From Fistulifera solaris (Eukaryota): 64,000 nt of DNA. The notes under the pieces are model-generated. The model was not told where the DNA came from and searched no databases. It saw only the letters and a program-made list of their open reading frames with translations. A program made the translations under genes and the position numbers. Below, one piece after another: positions 62,072-64,000 of the stretch. Within the stretch, counting starts at the first letter, position 1. Every line of letters begins with the position of its first letter. The stretch is taken from positions 992,001-1,056,000 of the forward strand of contig AP026132.1 of NCBI GenBank assembly GCA_030295235.1, written 5' to 3'.

Positions 62072-64000
62072 TTAGTTTGATTCGTCAACGATCGAAAGAC
62101 GAGAAGACTCCTCGTCAACTGACTTCGATGCTTCTTCTGCCCCCTTCACCATAGACCACAATGCCTGGACAAAAGATGCCGGCTTGGACGGACCAAAAAC
62201 GTCGGCAATCACCAGAAAGACGAGAAAGCTTGCCACTGTAGTCTGAATAATGGTCGAGAGCAGAATGGTCGCAAACTTCACAAAGAAAATGAGTGAAGTG
62301 AAAAGCATAATAACTGCCGCAGCAACGGTAGTGAAGGCTGCAGCTAGAATAGAAGGCCCCATCTCGACCACGGCCGTCTTCGTCCGAGTGCTTCGGTCAA
62401 CGTCACCAGGCAACAAGGCATACGCGTGCGTAAAGTGAATCACAAAGTCACAGGAGATTCCGATCAAAATCGAAAAGCATATAGCTTCAAGGCTACATGA
62501 TCATTACGTTACGAAAAGACACGTGAGAAAACATTGGATACAAACGCCGAACATGCAAAGAGATCTACTTACAACCCCATGGTCCAGCCGAGCGCCACCA
62601 AACCAGCAGTGACCGAAAGGAGAACGTACGAAATCGCGATGGTGGAGAATAGTGTGAGCATGAAGCTGAGGGATGTGATAAAAATCACAAAAGCAGCGAT
62701 TGCAATTGCAATGCCCGCGCCCACATAAGCTGTGTTGATCATGCTGGCGCTTGTGTCATACCACCAGTAGTCATCTGACGTGAAGTACATCTGGTTGACA
62801 CCTGGCGGGGCGACATGGCTGCGCTCATTTTCGAACCAATCTTCGATCAAATGCCACTCGCTTTTCAATTTGCTAAAGGGCTATCATATCGGACCCGGCC
62901 CCGAAAACGAAGGAACATGATCGCAACTTGACCATCAAGCGACAAGACCCAATCTTTCTTATATTCTTGGCTCCAGTTCGTCATGCAGGCATCAAAATCT
63001 TCTGGAGGAACAGGTACGGCTGTCGCATTATTGCAGTAGTCCATGTACACTTGATCTTTTTGGTCCGCATCAACTTGAGATTGAAGCCAGTAGTCGAATT
63101 GCTTCATGACGCAAGTCTCGTTTTTTATCGCCTCGGCAAAGTCCATCTGAAAAACTCTCTCACAAAAGTCGAGCAAGTACAGCTGGTTTGCTGTTTGAGA
63201 CGGCTGGAACGAGCTGTCAAGAACCAACTGTGTGAACGATGATGGGTCACTATGTTTTCCCGTATCAGCTGGTTTAACACCCCACATAACAAACACAGAT
63301 GTGCCCGTCTCTTTCTGGAGCTCCTCGATTAAAAGATTTTGTCTCCAATGGTTACTTTTTTCAAACTCATTTTTCGGACGCAGCATCCGGACGTCACTGC
63401 TCGTAGGAATCTCCATGCGTGAGGCAAAGAAAGTGCACAAGGCGAACACGCCTAGTATCACAAAGAGCAATCCATAGCGATAGAAATGAATCAATTCATA
63501 GAAGCGAGACATCTGTCGTCGAATGAAGCTTTCTGCTTGGAAAGAAGGATCATTGTGCTCCCCGGCCTCTTCTTCAATGTCCTTCATCTTCCGCGTCAAA
63601 GTGGCTGCTTTGTCATAGATACAAAGCGCCGGAAACACCATCAAGACACACATCACGTACGTCGTTGAAATCAGTAAGCCGCAAAAACAGCAAAGCAGAA
63701 AATTGGGGCGACGGGACATACTGCTGTTCCGAAAAATGCCACCGCTGTCGTAAGACTTGTAAGAAGCATAGATAGTGCTGCATCGGGTAAAGCTTGGGCG
63801 GCCACTTCCGTCGTCTCGGCGTCGGGGCCGAGTTTAATACGTGCATTCTTCCATTTGTCAACAGCAACGAAGATATCGTCGGCACCCAATGCAAACAGAA
63901 TAAAAACTCCGATGAAGTTGAGGAATGGGAAGAACGTAAGATGGAATACAAATGTGTACACGAAGTATGCCAAAGGGAAGCTGAGGCTGATTTGTAGTAA
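62072..64000 (-). CDS. Second Dispatched-like RND paralogue, 5' end outside the window; intron 62493-62572; frameshifts near 62870 and 63685
   Basis: LGADDIFVAVDKWK and IGISCDFVIHFTHAY; same intron position as the neighbouring copy. Confidence 0.88.

Noticed and set aside
640..63690. Pseudogene calls or programmed ribosomal frameshifting for the broken genes
   Set aside because: Indels occur in both directions at varied homopolymers with no common slippery motif, and catalytic motifs are intact.

Overview
Gene-dense eukaryotic nuclear DNA, most likely a pennate diatom. Evidence: short ~65-140 nt GT-AG introns, bipartite plastid presequences ending in an A-F motif, and diatom-type LRR and Ser/Pro-rich membrane proteins. 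About 28 protein-coding genes are supportable, including DGK, RRP3/DDX47, MnmA, eIF2B-delta, Sin3, QCR6, an Mbb1/HCF107-like protein, oligopeptidase A and two tandem Dispatched-like RND genes. Many carry single-base frameshifts at homopolymers, most likely long-read assembly errors. The main non-coding signal is a dispersed family of ~214-238 bp tandem-repeat arrays at 5.6-7.9 kb, 13.8-14.7 kb and 48.0-50.3 kb. Arrays 2 and 3 are diverged homologues in opposite orientation that keep short colinear blocks and a hairpin. A solo array-3-type monomer and a 34-bp-phased CCAGA-N3-TCTGG palindrome cluster flank array 2, and a clean hAT-type MITE has inserted into array 3. The most unusual protein is a predicted plastid/thylakoid-targeted mitochondrial-carrier fusion carrying phage-structural-protein-like GGxGY repeats. 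All calls were made by eye; no database searches were run.
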